IMG/VR virus record: IMGVR_UViG_3300005859_000094 | Location: 1-6,622 of that record | Reading direction: 5' to 3' (one strand) | Length of the DNA stretch: 6,622 nucleotides | Translations under genes and position numbers: made by a program | The notes under the pieces: model-generated | The model's input: the letters and a program-made list of their open reading frames with translations, nothing else | What the model was told of the DNA's origin: nothing | The model's database searches: none | Part shown: one piece after another, positions 5,964-6,622 of the stretch | Numbering within the stretch: position 1 is the first letter of the stretch | How the letters are laid out: each line of letters opens with the position of its first letter

Positions 5964-6043
5964 GTTCAATATTAATTTAGATATAGGATATTTATCATTG
6001 TGTAATTCTCGAAATTATTATAATTTTTATGAATTCTAATTTC

Positions 6044-6190
6044 ACAATTCATATTCATAATATTTTGAATATTGCTTTTTTTCTTACTTGTGAAACAAAA
6101 TTGACAATTAATATTCTTTATATTTTGAATATGAGTTTGAGTTTGATTTTTTTGTCAATTTTAACAATTAATATTCATCATATTTTGAAT
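6044..6190. repeat. Three imperfect 27-bp direct repeats at an exact 60-bp period, separated by unique 33-bp spacers
   Basis: acaattcatattcataatattttgaat (6044-6070), acaattaatattctttatattttgaat (6104-6130) and acaattaatattcatcatattttgaat (6164-6190). Confidence 0.85.
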
Positions 6191-6197
6191 TAGACAT

Positions 6198-6208
6198 GAA
6201 AATTTAAA
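6198..6208 (+). promoter_or_regulatory. BRE/TATA promoter of the major capsid protein gene (no TGTCA)
   Basis: GAAAA followed by TTTAAA (6203-6208), 33 nt upstream of the ATG at 6241. Confidence 0.6.
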
Positions 6209-6240
6209 TTATAGAAAAAAGATTTGATAATTGAACAAAA

Positions 6241-6622
6241 ATGCCAAGAGGGCATACACCAAGAAGTTATTCGCAAAGGTACGCGAAATGGCAAGCAAAG
6301 TTTACTGCATTTAGCAATCCAACTGTAGCGTCAACAATCTTAACTAACGTAGCTCCAGTTGCTCAAGAGAATTTCCAGACTAATGTACCTAAATTTGTCT
6401 CTGTAAATGAGCAAGTCAGTGCTGTATTAACTCAGTACGGTATAACTGGGCCACAAAGGGCAATTTATCAGGGTTACGGTCTAAAAATTGCTAGAGCTTT
6501 AAATAGAATTGGGTCTGGGCCAGCTCTAGTAAACATGATTAATGGTCTCAAAGCTTATTACATAAATGCCTTTAACGCTAATCCAGAAGTTTTAGATGCT
6601 GTAACTAACATTATAACCGGTT
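6241..6622 (+). CDS. Rudivirus major capsid protein (SIRV2 P134/gp26-like); runs off the window end
   Basis: Manual translation MPRGHTPRSYSQRYAKWQAKFTAFSNPTVASTILTNVAPVAQENFQTNVPKFVSVNEQVSAVLTQYGITGPQRAIYQGYGLKIARALNRIGSGPALVNMINGLKAYYINAFNANPEVLDAVTNIITG, highly similar to the SIRV coat protein as recalled. Confidence 0.97.
   Translation, partial: MPRGHTPRSYSQRYAKWQAKFTAFSNPTVASTILTNVAPVAQENFQTNVPKFVSVNEQVSAVLTQYGITGPQRAIYQGYGLKIARALNRIGSGPALVNMINGLKAYYINAFNANPEVLDAVTNIITG

Noticed and set aside
5984-6010. A fourth repeat copy one period upstream of 6044
   Set aside because: Only a few bases match the consensus, no better than expected in AT-rich DNA.
6044-6190. Bona fide CRISPR array
   Set aside because: Only three imperfect repeats, no canonical (ATT)GAAAG end, low-complexity T-rich spacers and no recognisable leader. 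Kept as an unexplained repeat array.

Overview
AT-rich segment of a rod-shaped archaeal virus genome (Rudiviridae, SIRV-like, probably infecting Sulfolobales). From left to right: a minus-strand replication/recombination block (Cas4-like nuclease cut by the window edge, 435-aa AAA+ ATPase, ssDNA-binding protein); an RHH protein divergent from an HUH Rep initiator; the pyramid-forming lysis protein (PVAP); two small RHH regulators missed by the ORF track (SvtR-like and CopG-like); a dUTPase/dCTP-deaminase-family gene; an accessory block; and the start of the major capsid protein. The accessory block holds a Cys-rich ORF with an in-frame TGA, a two-TM protein, a PAPS-reductase/DndC-like PP-loop enzyme and a 97-aa ORF. 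Ten genes carry a TATA + TGTCA promoter element. The most unusual signals are an array of three palindromic repeats at an exact 60-bp period upstream of the capsid gene (with a related copy about 4 kb away), the stop-interrupted Cys-rich ORF, and the PP-loop enzyme. All homology calls come from motif recognition and recall of SIRV proteins, not from database searches.
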